Below the pieces are notes generated by a model, which did not search any database, was not told the DNA's origin, and saw only the letters and a program-made list of their open reading frames with translations. A stretch of 64,000 bases of DNA from Desulfomonilia bacterium (GTDB lineage Bacteria; Desulfobacterota; Desulfomonilia; UBA1062): assembly GCA_050014195.1 (NCBI GenBank), contig JBEKDT010000019.1, positions 1 to 64,000 of the forward strand, given 5' to 3'. Both the position numbers and the translations under genes were made by a program. Positions 21,360-32,061 of the stretch are shown piece after piece. Each line of letters begins with the position of its first letter. Within the stretch, counting starts at the first letter, position 1.

Positions 21360-22706
21360 TTAATGTGCTACCGGTTTTCCCCTCATCTGGTACAAGCGTA
21401 TTTCCCTCTGGGCATCGACATTGTTTTTGTTGATCTCCAGGGCCTTCTCAAAGGCCTCGATCGCTTTCTTTGAGCTTTCTTTCTTCAAGACCCAGCCATA
21501 GATCACCCAGAGGGTGTCCGATCCGGGAAAGCGATTCAACCCGTCTCGAATGGCCGACTTGATCTCCAGGGGGTTGCCGGCCCCTGTGTTCTGCAGTCTG
21601 AGGAACAAGGTCTTCACAAAAGACTCTACAAAGAGTTTCTCCTCAGGCCTCATCTTCACACAGAGCTTGAAGTTGTCAATGGCATTCTGATAGTCCCTGG
21701 CCTTCAACAGCTCGGTGGCCTTACTGAACAGGATCTCGGCCTGGAGGCTCTCATCGATGCCTTGCGGCTCCTCGATGGACTTGCCTTCACGCAATTTACT
21801 TATGTTGGTGTAAGCCTTCTGGATCTCGGTGAAGATCTCGTTGGCGAGCAGTTTCACCTCGGGATCATCGGCATAGGCATACGTGTCGGGGTGATTGGCC
21901 TTGACGATCTTGATATAGGCCCTCTTGAGGCCGCCATCGGATATCATTTTGTCAACGCCCAGGACTTCGAAGGGATCCTGGTCTTTGATGGTCTTAAGCT
22001 TGTGTCTTAGTGTGTCAATGAGCGCCTTATATTTACTTTCCTCGAAGCTGACATCTCCGGTGCAGAAGAGACTGAGCAGAGCACGTGAGGGATCCTGTCC
22101 AAGAAGGAGGATCTCGGCGACCGTATACTGGCGGATATCTTCCAGGTCAATGCCGGTATCTCCCGGCAGGGTGTCCACCATCACTTTGGGTATGGCATCA
22201 GCAAAGGGGGAGAGTGCAGTGATAATATTTGCAAAAGGGGTATGTTCCATCACGCCTTTGCGGATGAGGTGGGCCATTTCAATCTTGCTGAGCTCAGGCT
22301 GTTTATTTATCTCCCCCTTTGGGACCTTCTGGGCTGTACCGTTCTCCCAAGAGAAGATATCCAGGAAGCGCTTTTCTGTCTGTGCCTTAAGTGCTTCGTT
22401 GATCTCGAGGGGCTGGACTAGGCCCATCTCCAGGAGGATGACACCTTGCTTCCTGCGCTCCAGACGAGAGGTGTCGAGCGACCGTGTATTCTCATCTTCT
22501 GAGATCATCCCCATTCCGACAAGGATATTTCCCAGCAGCTCGTCGGTTCTATTGGACTGTATGGCACAGAGCCTGCCGTCCTTGAAGATGAGGCCCTTCT
22601 TCCATTGATCTGTAGAGACAAAGATGATCCCGGTGAACTGAGACTCCAGCACATCCATCATCACCAATGGGAACGGGAACTCCTCAATGCTGAACATGTT
22701 TTCCAT
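21360..22706 (-). CDS. DnaJ-domain/TPR protein with DUF4388-like N-terminus
   Basis: DPFEVLGV...KRAY....KANHPD J-domain; C-terminal TPR-like helices; LLGNILV..G.I motif. Confidence 0.8.
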   Translation of the reverse strand: MENMFSIEEFPFPLVMMDVLESQFTGIIFVSTDQWKKGLIFKDGRLCAIQSNRTDELLGNILVGMGMISEDENTRSLDTSRLERRKQGVILLEMGLVQPLEINEALKAQTEKRFLDIFSWENGTAQKVPKGEINKQPELSKIEMAHLIRKGVMEHTPFANIITALSPFADAIPKVMVDTLPGDTGIDLEDIRQYTVAEILLLGQDPSRALLSLFCTGDVSFEESKYKALIDTLRHKLKTIKDQDPFEVLGVDKMISDGGLKRAYIKIVKANHPDTYAYADDPEVKLLANEIFTEIQKAYTNISKLREGKSIEEPQGIDESLQAEILFSKATELLKARDYQNAIDNFKLCVKMRPEEKLFVESFVKTLFLRLQNTGAGNPLEIKSAIRDGLNRFPGSDTLWVIYGWVLKKESSKKAIEAFEKALEINKNNVDAQREIRLYQMRGKPVAH

Positions 22707-22977
22707 GCTCTCTCATTATCGGCAAATGGGATGTCGAGCAAGAGTAAATTAACATGTGTAATATGAGAGATAGGTGCTAGGCACCAGATATCAAGGATTT
22801 GATAAAGAAGGATATTCCTTGTTCCAGGGCCTCAAGCCCAGTACGTCGAGTTGATAACGTCTTGTGCCATTATGGAGGATATTGGTGATTATGTGAAAAA
22901 TGTGAAGATCTTGTATTAAGATCAAGTACCTGATAAACAAATTAATTCATATCGATATGAAAAGAGGGGGTGTGCGG

Positions 22978-23769
22978 ATGAGATTGCAAGCAAAGGTACT
23001 CGTCATTGTGTGTTTTATGTTGGCCATGCCTTGTATAATACCCCTAAGGGCGGCGGATGAAGAGGTTAATAACGGCCAGGACTTCACCAGGCCTGTCCGT
23101 CGTTTTGATACGCTCTTAAGATACGATGATATGATCGGAGACGCCAGCAGCAGCACACTGACATTGCACGCTGGTTTGCCTTTTGAGTTGAGGAGAGGCT
23201 GGATGGTATCTCTGAGCGCCGAACTTCCCTATATCAGGACCAAGGGAATCAGCCCGAATAATCCTGAAGGTAAATCAGTAAATGGCTTCGGAGAAGTCTT
23301 TACCGAGGCATTGTTCATTGCCCCAACAAAGGGCAAGTGGACGTATGTAGTCGGGGCGCAATATATACCCCCGACTGCATCCAAGAAAGAATTGGGAACA
23401 GGAAGGTACCAGCTCGTGCCGTCTGCGGGGTTCAAGTATGATCTGAGTGGCTGGATGCAAGGGGCCTGGTGTGCGGTGATGGCCCGGGAAGCCTTTGATG
23501 TAGCAGGTTATAGCGGCTATTCACATATCAACCAGACCATCATCCAGCCCATGTTCAACATCAATCTCCCTGACCTATGGTTCGTCACTTTCGCACCCGA
23601 GATTCGTTATGACTGGAGGAATTCAAAATGGTTCATACCCTTTGATATAACAGCGGGCAAAATGATTACAAGAAGAACTATGATGTCCATAAATTACAAA
23701 TCAGCCATCAATGATGACCAGAAGCTGTATGTGGATGAGGTTGAGGGAAGGGTGGGTTTCTTTTTTTAA
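22978..23769 (+). CDS. putative outer-membrane beta-barrel (MetA-pathway-like transporter family)
   Basis: signal peptide, GFGE..., PTAS..LGTGRYQL motif, C-terminal Phe. Confidence 0.55.
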   Translation: MRLQAKVLVIVCFMLAMPCIIPLRAADEEVNNGQDFTRPVRRFDTLLRYDDMIGDASSSTLTLHAGLPFELRRGWMVSLSAELPYIRTKGISPNNPEGKSVNGFGEVFTEALFIAPTKGKWTYVVGAQYIPPTASKKELGTGRYQLVPSAGFKYDLSGWMQGAWCAVMAREAFDVAGYSGYSHINQTIIQPMFNINLPDLWFVTFAPEIRYDWRNSKWFIPFDITAGKMITRRTMMSINYKSAINDDQKLYVDEVEGRVGFFF

Positions 23770-24099
23770 ACCGTCTTTTTGTGAGATACTTACAATTTGA
23801 CAAAGTAATAGCCGCGTTATTCGATAGGAGTAAAACCCTTCCCTGAGTGGAAAGACTTTTCTCATATATTCAGCCTGTTTCCGTGGATCATTTTGATAAC
23901 ATACTGAAAAAACTCGGGGTCGCTTCATAGCATAATTATTGCTTATAAAATATCATTACGGCAATACTGGAATACTCATGAAAAGCGGGGAAGATCACAA
24001 GGACTTGTCCGATAACAGAGAACTCTTATATATTATTATACAGATAAAAAGTTTTTTGGATCATTTTGATGAAGTGCACATGGTGGAACGGGAGGTTCT

Positions 24100-25482
24100 A
24101 TGAGAAGTATCCGCATTGCGACCTTTATCATCCCATTATTTCTCTGTCTGTTCTTATTCTGCGCATGCAACAAACATCATACAGGTCACAAAGCAGCAGC
24201 AGAAGAAGCGGTTACTCTTAGCATCACCTCCCCTGCAGGAAATGTGATAATTACCGAAGGGCAATCGATTAATTTCGCAAGTGCAGTCAGCGGCGGCACA
24301 GGGCCTTACACCTATCAATGGAATTTTGGTGGTGGACCGCCCAATTCTAACGAGCAGGATCCCGGCTTTGTCACGTTTAATTCACCAGGGACCTATACGG
24401 TCACTTTAATGGTGAAAGATTCAAAGGATGCGACTTCGAGCGAAACGAGGATTATCAGTGTACGTTCCCCGGCGAAGACGGAAGGGCTCATTGTCAGCGC
24501 CGGTGTGGATCACTCACTTGCAGTAAAGCCTGATGGAACGCTCTGGGCATGGGGATACAATTTGAGTGGCCAGCTCGGGGACGGAACCTGGTCGAACAGA
24601 AATACACCGATTCAGATAGGTACGGATACCGATTGGGTTGCAGTAAGTGCCGGAGACACATTCTCGCTGGCACTCAAATCAGACGGCACTCTGTGGGGTT
24701 GGGGCTCAAACGCATCAGGGACCGGCTCCGTGAGTATCATCAATACTCCTGTACAGATCGGCTCAGAGAGAGATTGGGACATCATGAGCGCTGGAAGTGG
24801 GTTTGTTCTTGCACTCAAGACCGACGGAACGCTCTGGGCATGGGGCGGTAATAGTTCCACACCTATACAAGTTGGATCGGACAACAATTGGACCATGGTA
24901 AGTGCAGGTGTGGAACATAATGCCGCACTCAAGTCCGATGGAACGCTCTGGGAATGGGGGCTTATATATAACCCCCAGTACGGGGACTTTCCTCATGTAG
25001 CAGATGATACTCCAGTCCAAGTGGGCTCAGATAGGGATTGGATTGCCGTGAGTACAAGCGGAGATCATACCCTGGCCATCAAGTCCGACAGATCTCTCTG
25101 GGCGTGGGGCAATAATGGTTATGGCCAGCTTGGAGACAACACTACTATTTCAAAATATTCCCCCACCCCGATTGGCACTACAACGGGATGGATTGCCGTG
25201 TGTGCAGCGAATGATTTCAGCATTGCCCTGAAGAGTGATGGGACCCTCTGGGCATGGGGAAACAACTATTATGGCCAGCTCGGAGACGGCACGACAAAGG
25301 ACAAGATGACCCCCATTCAAGTGGGCTCTGATAAGGATTGGGCAATGGTCCATGCCAGCTATAAACATACCATTGCCCTCAAGACGGACAGCTCAATCTG
25401 GACATGGGGGGCTAATTGGGAAGGGCAGCTCGGCAACGGAAAGAACGCTGATAGGGATGTTCCTGGAAAGATAAATTTTTAG
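24100..25482 (+). CDS. lipoprotein with PKD domain and RCC1/BLIP-II repeats
   Basis: lipobox-like Cys; YQWNFG PKD motif; repeated ALKSDGTLWAWG.N..GQLGDG. Confidence 0.88.
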   Translation: MRSIRIATFIIPLFLCLFLFCACNKHHTGHKAAAEEAVTLSITSPAGNVIITEGQSINFASAVSGGTGPYTYQWNFGGGPPNSNEQDPGFVTFNSPGTYTVTLMVKDSKDATSSETRIISVRSPAKTEGLIVSAGVDHSLAVKPDGTLWAWGYNLSGQLGDGTWSNRNTPIQIGTDTDWVAVSAGDTFSLALKSDGTLWGWGSNASGTGSVSIINTPVQIGSERDWDIMSAGSGFVLALKTDGTLWAWGGNSSTPIQVGSDNNWTMVSAGVEHNAALKSDGTLWEWGLIYNPQYGDFPHVADDTPVQVGSDRDWIAVSTSGDHTLAIKSDRSLWAWGNNGYGQLGDNTTISKYSPTPIGTTTGWIAVCAANDFSIALKSDGTLWAWGNNYYGQLGDGTTKDKMTPIQVGSDKDWAMVHASYKHTIALKTDSSIWTWGANWEGQLGNGKNADRDVPGKINF

Positions 25483-25502
25483 TTTTTTAAGATAAGAAGA
25501 GT

Positions 25503-25545
25503 ACAGGAGACAAAAGGCATTCTGCCTTTTGTCTCCTGTTTTATT
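25503..25545. terminator. bidirectional hairpin between convergent genes
   Basis: ACAGGAGACAAAAGGCA/TGCCTTTTGTCTCCTGT long stem. Confidence 0.65.
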
Positions 25546-26399
25546 TACTTTTCTCCACCAAGGATAAGGGGCAGGCCGTTTTTCGAATTTCCGATGACAA
25601 CGATCTTCGTGTTGGAACTCACAGCGAGCTTCTCGGTGGCCTCGATCCCCTTCCATTCAAGGAGTTGAGGGTTTAACCCCTGGGAAACGATCTTCTGGAA
25701 GTCCGTGATGCCCTGGGCCTCGATGCGTTTGCGTTCAGCCTCCTGTTGTTCCTTCTGGAGGACAAATTTCATCTGCTCGCTTTCCTGCTCTCTCTTGAGC
25801 TTTTCCTGGATTGCATTAGCGATGACAGTCGGCAATCCCACCTTCCTTAACAGGACCTGATCACATATCACGCCCTTGCTTTTGGTGAGCTGCACGAACA
25901 TATCCTGCATCTCACCGGCGATCTTGTTGCGTTCGGAGGAGTAGAGCGATTTTGCGTCGTAGGACGCCGTTATCTCGCGTATTGCCGATCGGAATTGCGG
26001 TTCCACAACCACTTTCGTGTAGTCGCTGCCGATTTTTTTATAGATCTCTGCAGCCTTATCCGGATCGGCTCGGAAGAGAAGAGATACTTCAAGGTCTATA
26101 ATGAGCCCTTCTCTGGATGGGGTTTCAGCCTTCTCCATTATCTCCTGGGTCTGCACCGACATAGCGACAACACGAGTAAATGGGACAACAAGCCTTAAGC
26201 CCGGAGAAAGTGTATCTGATGAAACATAACCGAAGAAGTCTTTCACGCCCACATGCCCGGCAGGGACCATTGCAATAGGATTCAAGAATAGAAGCCCTAA
26301 GATAATGATAACGACAAAGATGATTGTCTTCTTCGGGAATTTTATCTTCAAAAGCCTGTTAGGGTTGATTTCTATAATATCCGGATTGTTTGGGTTCAT
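25545..26399 (-). CDS. prohibitin/SPFH (band 7) family protein
   Basis: N-terminal TM helix, VPAGHVGV, coiled-coil EAERKRIEAQGI. Confidence 0.9.
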   Translation of the reverse strand: MNPNNPDIIEINPNRLLKIKFPKKTIIFVVIIILGLLFLNPIAMVPAGHVGVKDFFGYVSSDTLSPGLRLVVPFTRVVAMSVQTQEIMEKAETPSREGLIIDLEVSLLFRADPDKAAEIYKKIGSDYTKVVVEPQFRSAIREITASYDAKSLYSSERNKIAGEMQDMFVQLTKSKGVICDQVLLRKVGLPTVIANAIQEKLKREQESEQMKFVLQKEQQEAERKRIEAQGITDFQKIVSQGLNPQLLEWKGIEATEKLAVSSNTKIVVIGNSKNGLPLILGGEK

Positions 26400-26546
26400 A
26401 TCTATCTCCCTTTTTGTCAGTTTGTTCATGGGGTATTCAAGACCTGTTGAGAAATATTGTCAAACGTATCTTTTGCGCTCACCAGGCATTCACGGAGGGC
26501 AACAAGTTCGGCCTGAATGAAGTAGGCTCCAAGGCCGCGTAAGTGT

Positions 26547-27833
26547 TCAAGGCCATGGCGATCCGGGAAGGATTCCCATCTTATCGTAGATGGGTCGTAT
26601 GACCTCCTGCATGGCTCTGAGCCTCCGGTAAAATAACAATGCCGCTGCAACACAGACAAAACCGCTGATGGTAAGTGTCATGGGGGCGCCGATTGAAGAA
26701 GCCACCGAGCCTGCATAGAGGCTGCCGAAAGGCATTGTGCCGGCAAATGAAACGGCAAAAAAGCTCATGACTCGCCCCCGCATGTCCTCATCGAGAATGG
26801 TCTGGACGATTGTGTTGCTCCCGACCATCTGCACCATCATCCCGAACCCTGTAACGGTCAACAAGACCGCTGAGATAAGCACGGACTTGGATATGGCGAA
26901 AAGGATGATGCCTGTACCAAACAGGAAAGAAGAAAGAACGATGAGGCGTTCAAGCCCGAGGACCGTCTTCCGCGATGCCAGGAATAGTGCGCCGACAATG
27001 GCACCAAGGCCTGTGGAAGCCATGAGGAATCCAAGTGTCTCCGGTCCGCCCTTGAGGATGTCCTTGGCGAAGACGGGCATCAAAATGGCATAAGGCATCC
27101 CCATGAAGCTCATGAGCGCCAGGTTGAGCAGGATATACCTGATGGGAATGAAATCCCGGACATAGTTAAATCCGACTCTCAGCTCATTGATGAGACTGTC
27201 CTTTACCCTTACTATCTCGCGCCTCTCGATTTTCATGGACAACAGGGCAACCAGTACTGCCAGGAAACTGAAGCCATTGATGAGAAAGCAGGTTCCTTCA
27301 CTCGTCATGCCGATGAGGATGCCTGCAACAGACGGCCCCACAAGCCTTGCGCCGTTGAAGAGGAATGAGTTCAGGGCAATGGCATTGCCCAGGTCCGCTT
27401 TGTTTTCGATCATCTGTACGACGAATGACTGGCGTATAGGCATATCAAAAGAATTTATAATTCCCAGAAGGAAGCTTAAGATAAAGAGATGCCACACATG
27501 TATCAACCCCGACAGGGTGAGAAAGGCGAGTGCGAAGGCCTGCAGCATGGCGCAGGACTGGGTGGCGATCACCAGACGGTAACGGTCCATACGGTCTGCG
27601 TACACGCCTGCAATGGGTGAGAAAAACAGCATGGGGATCTGGGTTGTGAAGCCGATGGCGCCAAGGATCATGGCAGACCCGGTGATCCGGTAGACAAGCC
27701 AGCTCATGGCTGTCTGCTGCATCCATGTCCCCATGAGGGATATGCCCTGACCGCCGAAAAAGAGCCGGTAATTTCTCGAGTGCAGGGCCCTTAAGGTTGA
27801 TTTCATTTGATTCAGTGTCTGTCGTTTTAACAT
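26547..27833 (-). CDS. MFS transporter
   Basis: RNYRLFF.GQ.ISL.GTWMQ motif; about 12 TM segments. Confidence 0.9.
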   Translation of the reverse strand: MLKRQTLNQMKSTLRALHSRNYRLFFGGQGISLMGTWMQQTAMSWLVYRITGSAMILGAIGFTTQIPMLFFSPIAGVYADRMDRYRLVIATQSCAMLQAFALAFLTLSGLIHVWHLFILSFLLGIINSFDMPIRQSFVVQMIENKADLGNAIALNSFLFNGARLVGPSVAGILIGMTSEGTCFLINGFSFLAVLVALLSMKIERREIVRVKDSLINELRVGFNYVRDFIPIRYILLNLALMSFMGMPYAILMPVFAKDILKGGPETLGFLMASTGLGAIVGALFLASRKTVLGLERLIVLSSFLFGTGIILFAISKSVLISAVLLTVTGFGMMVQMVGSNTIVQTILDEDMRGRVMSFFAVSFAGTMPFGSLYAGSVASSIGAPMTLTISGFVCVAAALLFYRRLRAMQEVIRPIYDKMGILPGSPWP

Positions 27834-28269
27834 ATGGCTTGGGGCATAGCAGTAATTTACCTGGGCTCGCGTTACGGATTTTTAATAATGTAATTTGTTA
27901 TTTTATATTTCATGCCGTTCCATGTAAGAAGGTCCTCACTCAATCGGCCCTATGTCCATCCCTGTCAGTGTCATAGAGATGTGAGATCACTTTGTCAAAG
28001 TTAAACCTGCTTATCGATGAATAACCTCTAAGATTGAAGCCATAGGAGATTGAGAAACTGTTTTATACCAAAACTCAACAATACATTACCCATAACCATT
28101 TTTTCAGCATACAGCGTATATAAAAATGACCCTTAGTTACCACGCAGGCATTATTCAACCAGCCGTACTATGGATTTCAGTAAGCCCGCAAAAGAGAAAA
28201 CAATGACTGTGTAGACTTTTCTAATCATCCTGGTATCTATACGTGTATCATCAGGAGGTGAAGAATACG

Positions 28270-28956
28270 ATGTGCGGTAGGTTCATACAGATCGCTGATC
28301 CCGAGAAGATAAAGGTCAGCATCCTCGACCTGGAGATAGATGATACGGTCCGAGAGAGATTCGAGCCGCACTACAACATTGCCCCAACCCAAGATATTCT
28401 CACCATTCTCAACATGCCCACCCCGAAGCTTACCTTTACTCACTGGGGGCTCATACCGTTCTGGGCCAAGGATAAGACAATCGGGTACAGGATGATCAAT
28501 GCCCGAGTTGAGACTATAGCGACAAAGCCTTCTTTCAGGGAGTCATTTAAAAAGCGACGCTGTATCATCCTGAGTGATGGGTTCTTCGAATGGAAACAGG
28601 AGCACAAGACCAAGACGCCCTACTTTATACGGATGAGAAATAGTGAGCCCTTTGCCTTTGCAGGTTTATGGGATAACTGGACCAATGAGCAAACTGGAGA
28701 AACCATCGTCTCAAGCACCATAATCACAACCGATGCCAACCCCCTTATCGGTGAAATCTATAACCGGATGCCTGCTATTCTAAAGCCGGATATTTACCGA
28801 ATCTGGCTGAACCCACTCCCTGAATCAGCGAACAATCTCATGAAATGTATCAAGCCCTTTCCTCATGATGAATTGGAGGCCTTTGAGATTTCCAAGCTTG
28901 TGAACAGTCCTCAAAACGATTCACCCGAGATCATCAAGCCGGTCCATGCTCAATAA
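28270..28956 (+). CDS. SOS response-associated peptidase (SRAP/YedK)
   Basis: N-terminal MCGRF, YNIAPTQ, WGLIP, INAR.ET, GFFEW, RMPAIL. Confidence 0.93.
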   Translation: MCGRFIQIADPEKIKVSILDLEIDDTVRERFEPHYNIAPTQDILTILNMPTPKLTFTHWGLIPFWAKDKTIGYRMINARVETIATKPSFRESFKKRRCIILSDGFFEWKQEHKTKTPYFIRMRNSEPFAFAGLWDNWTNEQTGETIVSSTIITTDANPLIGEIYNRMPAILKPDIYRIWLNPLPESANNLMKCIKPFPHDELEAFEISKLVNSPQNDSPEIIKPVHAQ

Positions 28957-29250
28957 AAGGTTTGAATGCACAACATCATGTTTACTGACTATATGCCCAT
29001 GAAAAGTAAAGAAGCCCCTCTCATCGGGGGCCTCAGTTATCGGGCCGTACTTTCATGAATTGATTGGCTCCCATTACTGAATTATATTGGAAAGATAAGA
29101 GGTTACAAAAGACATAGAATACTTTGTTATAAGATTGACGTGGCCTAAAGTATAATCCCGCAAACAACATGAAGATAGAAATATTATAATCAACCTTGCA
29201 AAGTAACTGTATTAATTATAGAATCAAATATTATATCAAGAGGAGTTCCC

Positions 29251-29673
29251 ATGAGGAAAAAGAGTCTGAAGTTCGTTCTGATGGTCAATATGGCTCTGGA
29301 GATCAAGGGTGATCAGGCACAGGTCGTTGTGAAAAACATCAAGGTAAAGCCTACTGCCGTATCCTTGCCGATCGAGACTATTCCTGCCAAGAAGGGAAAA
29401 CCTGTAAAGAAGAAAGCCAGGAAATCAATCCATGACATCGTATTAGAGACAGCGAAAAAGGTCTCCAAAGTATCGGGCGAGGGAGTCTTTTCATCGGTGG
29501 ATCTATATAATCAGGCTATCAAGAAATACCCTGAGCTGAATAAGAATAGTTTTAACACGACTGTCATATCGACAGCACCTGAACATACCTCCTGGAAATA
29601 TTATCCCAATGGGAAGGACTATCTGGTATACATGGGCAAAGGGAAATATAAGCTGAGAGAAAAGGCCGAGTAG
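29251..29673 (+). CDS. basic hypothetical protein, possible winged-helix DNA-binding domain
   Basis: Lys-rich linker then a helical domain ending in a GKGKYKL wing; AGAGGAG RBS. Confidence 0.55.
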   Translation: MRKKSLKFVLMVNMALEIKGDQAQVVVKNIKVKPTAVSLPIETIPAKKGKPVKKKARKSIHDIVLETAKKVSKVSGEGVFSSVDLYNQAIKKYPELNKNSFNTTVISTAPEHTSWKYYPNGKDYLVYMGKGKYKLREKAE

Positions 29674-29821
29674 GTTGTTATGCTTATTGATTGGTCAAGA
29701 CTCCCGGGGACTCTTGAGATGTCTCGGAAAATAGTAGTAGCTTGGGCAAAGGCCAAAATAAGTTGAGAGAATCTGCAGTCGGTCTCCATTATATCAATTC
29801 AATACATACGAGGAGGATATT

Positions 29822-30097
29822 ATGACAAAATCAGATTTAGTTGATGTTATGGCAGGCAAAGTAAAGATATCTAAGTCAGCAGCACAACTAGCGGTAGATG
29901 CTTTCACAGAGTCAATTGCTAGTGCCCTCAAGAAAGGCGATAAGGTAACCTTAGTAGGCTTTGGAACCTTCGATGTTGCCAAGAGGGCAGCCAGAGAAGG
30001 CGTGAATCCGCAGACCAGGCAGAAGATAAAGATCAAGGCAAGCAAGGCTCCTCGTTTCAGGGCAGGCAAATTATTGAAAGACGCGGTGAATAAATAA
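29822..30097 (+). CDS. hup: HU family DNA-binding protein
   Basis: MTKSDLV, VTLVGFGTF, REGVNPQT, PRFRAGK. Confidence 0.95.
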   Translation: MTKSDLVDVMAGKVKISKSAAQLAVDAFTESIASALKKGDKVTLVGFGTFDVAKRAAREGVNPQTRQKIKIKASKAPRFRAGKLLKDAVNK

Positions 30098-30101
30098 GAT
30101 T

Positions 30102-30608
30102 GTGAAGAAGCAACCTAAGAAAAGGGATCTCACTGCAGCTGTGAAGAAGCAACCCAAGAAAAAAGAAACTCCTGCAGTCGTGAAGAAACAACCCCAGAAG
30201 AAGGAGATTTCTGCTGCCGTGAAGAAACAATCCCAGAAGAGGGAGCTTCCTGCAGCTGTGAAGAAGCAGCCAAAGAAAAAAGAAACTCCTGCAGTTGTGA
30301 AGAAACAACCCCAGAAGAAGGAGATTGCTGCTGCCGTGAAGAAGCAACCCCAGAAAAGGGAGCTTGCTGCAGTCGAAAAGAAGCAAACCAAGAAAAAAGA
30401 AACTCCTGCAGTCGTGAAGAAACAACCCCAGAAGAAGGAGATTGCTGCTGCCGTGAAGAAGCAACCCCAGAAGAGGGAGCTTTCTGCAGCTGTGAAGGAG
30501 CAGCCAAAGAAAAAAGAAACTCCTGCAGTCGTGAAGACTCAGCCCAAGGAAAGGGAGCTAACCGTAGCTGTAAAGACTCAACCCAAGAAAGAGGAGCTTT
30601 CTGTAGTC
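30102..30608 (+). repeat. 39-bp coding tandem repeat (13 units, 117-bp higher-order period)
   Basis: GTGAAGAA(G/A)CAACC...GCAG units cycling through three variants. Confidence 0.9.
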
Positions 30609-30902
30609 GATCTCGGGACACGATACAAGTGTTATAAGTGCGGGACCAAGTTTTATGACCTGGGCAGACCACAGCCCCTTTGCCCTTCATGTGGAGAAGA
30701 CCAGAATAATGAAGAGACAAAGCGGATGCTCAAGCGGAAGAGAAGACGGCGATCAGCCTACATGGGTAAGGCAGACCCTACCATTATTGCCCCGGAAGAG
30801 AGAGATGACGTGGTCGAGGTTGTTAATGAAGTCGATGCTGAATATACGTTAGATGTGGATGATATTGTCCTGGAGGAGAGCGCAGACACGGATAAAGAAT
30901 AG
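30102..30902 (+). CDS. Lys-rich repeat protein fused to FYDLN-acid (TIGR02300-like) zinc ribbon
   Basis: 13 x 13-aa VKKQPxKxExxAx repeats, then LGTRYKCYKCGTKFYDL....CPSCG and an acidic tail. Confidence 0.8.
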   Translation: MKKQPKKRDLTAAVKKQPKKKETPAVVKKQPQKKEISAAVKKQSQKRELPAAVKKQPKKKETPAVVKKQPQKKEIAAAVKKQPQKRELAAVEKKQTKKKETPAVVKKQPQKKEIAAAVKKQPQKRELSAAVKEQPKKKETPAVVKTQPKERELTVAVKTQPKKEELSVVDLGTRYKCYKCGTKFYDLGRPQPLCPSCGEDQNNEETKRMLKRKRRRRSAYMGKADPTIIAPEERDDVVEVVNEVDAEYTLDVDDIVLEESADTDKE

Positions 30903-30921
30903 AGATTGATATCGATCAAGG

Positions 30922-31389
30922 TTAAGGCATTTTATGTATTTTCCCAAGGCTTGTTACAAGCTGTTTGCCGAGCTCATGGCACGTTTTTTTTGCTTCCTCA
31001 TTTATTGGTCGTTCGAATTCAGCCGTTTCACCTACTTTTGTAAAGAATCTCTGAGCAAAAGAGTCCAGTGGCTGCCTCACTTTTCCACCGCCTCCATGGG
31101 ATATGAAGAGTACAGCCGGTTTCCCTTTTACAGGCTCACCTGATTGGTCCCAAAGATACATATCGTCAAAAAAAGTCTTGATGGTACCGGCAGGGTACGA
31201 GAAATAATCAGGCGTACCAAGAGCAACCGCATCGGCTGACATGAATTCCTTCATAGTTACCCGATGTTCATTTGTGTTCATGAGCTCCACATCCGCACCT
31301 GCTTCTCGAACTCCATCCGCAAGGGCTTCTGCGAGTATTCTTGTGTTTCCAAATTGCTGGCTATGATAAATGACAAGGATTTTTTTCAT
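30922..31389 (-). CDS. flavodoxin family protein
   Basis: YHSQQFGNT..LAE, GTPDYF, SHGGG. Confidence 0.85.
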   Translation of the reverse strand: MKKILVIYHSQQFGNTRILAEALADGVREAGADVELMNTNEHRVTMKEFMSADAVALGTPDYFSYPAGTIKTFFDDMYLWDQSGEPVKGKPAVLFISHGGGGKVRQPLDSFAQRFFTKVGETAEFERPINEEAKKTCHELGKQLVTSLGKIHKMP

Positions 31390-31494
31390 ATGGTATCCTC
31401 CGGTCAGATGAATCATATGTACCATATTCTTAGTTGAGAAAGGGTATAAAAGGAAGATCATCCCCGTGCAGTAAATTCTGTGGAGGTAAAGCGT

Positions 31495-32061
31495 ATGAAG
31501 ATCATTGCATTCAACGGAAGTCCAAGGAAAGACGGCAACACCACCACGTTGATAGGCTATCTCTTACGGGAGATCGAGAAAGAGGGCATTGAAACGGAGC
31601 TCGTTCAGCTCTCGGCAAAGGCGATTCACGGGTGCATTGCCTGCTACAAGTGTTTCGAGAATAAGGACAGGCGGTGCGCCGTTAAGAACGATGCGGCGAA
31701 CGAGTATATCGAAAAGATGACGACTGCTCAGGGTATCGTTTTGGGATCTCCTTCCTATTTTCAGGATGTAACAGCGGAGATGAAGTCCTTGATCGACCGG
31801 GCGGGCTTCGTCGGATTGGCAAATGGGAGGATGTACAAGAACAAAGTTGGGGCTTCTCTATCCTGTTTTCGTCGCACCGGAGGGATGCATACCATCGAAA
31901 CCATGAACCACTTCTTCTTTAGCAACGAGCTTATCATCGCCGGCCGGGCAATGAGCGTTGCCAGAGAAAAGGGAGAGGTGGCAAAAGATGAGGAAGGCGT
32001 CCAGATGGCGCAGATCCTGGGACAAAAGATCGCTTGGATGGTGAAGAAGCTCTACGGCTGA
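31495..32061 (+). CDS. iron-sulfur flavoprotein / NADPH-dependent FMN reductase family
   Basis: FNGSPRKDGNT, CIACYKC....C, GSPSYF, MKSLIDR. Confidence 0.9.
   Translation: MKIIAFNGSPRKDGNTTTLIGYLLREIEKEGIETELVQLSAKAIHGCIACYKCFENKDRRCAVKNDAANEYIEKMTTAQGIVLGSPSYFQDVTAEMKSLIDRAGFVGLANGRMYKNKVGASLSCFRRTGGMHTIETMNHFFFSNELIIAGRAMSVAREKGEVAKDEEGVQMAQILGQKIAWMVKKLYG

Noticed and set aside
30102-30608. CRISPR array
   Set aside because: Units are contiguous in-frame 39-bp coding repeats with no unique spacers; no cas genes in the window
29822-30902. Single HupB-like HU-tail fusion by stop readthrough
   Set aside because: The repeat ORF is in a different frame from HU, so a frameshift would be needed; no evidence for one
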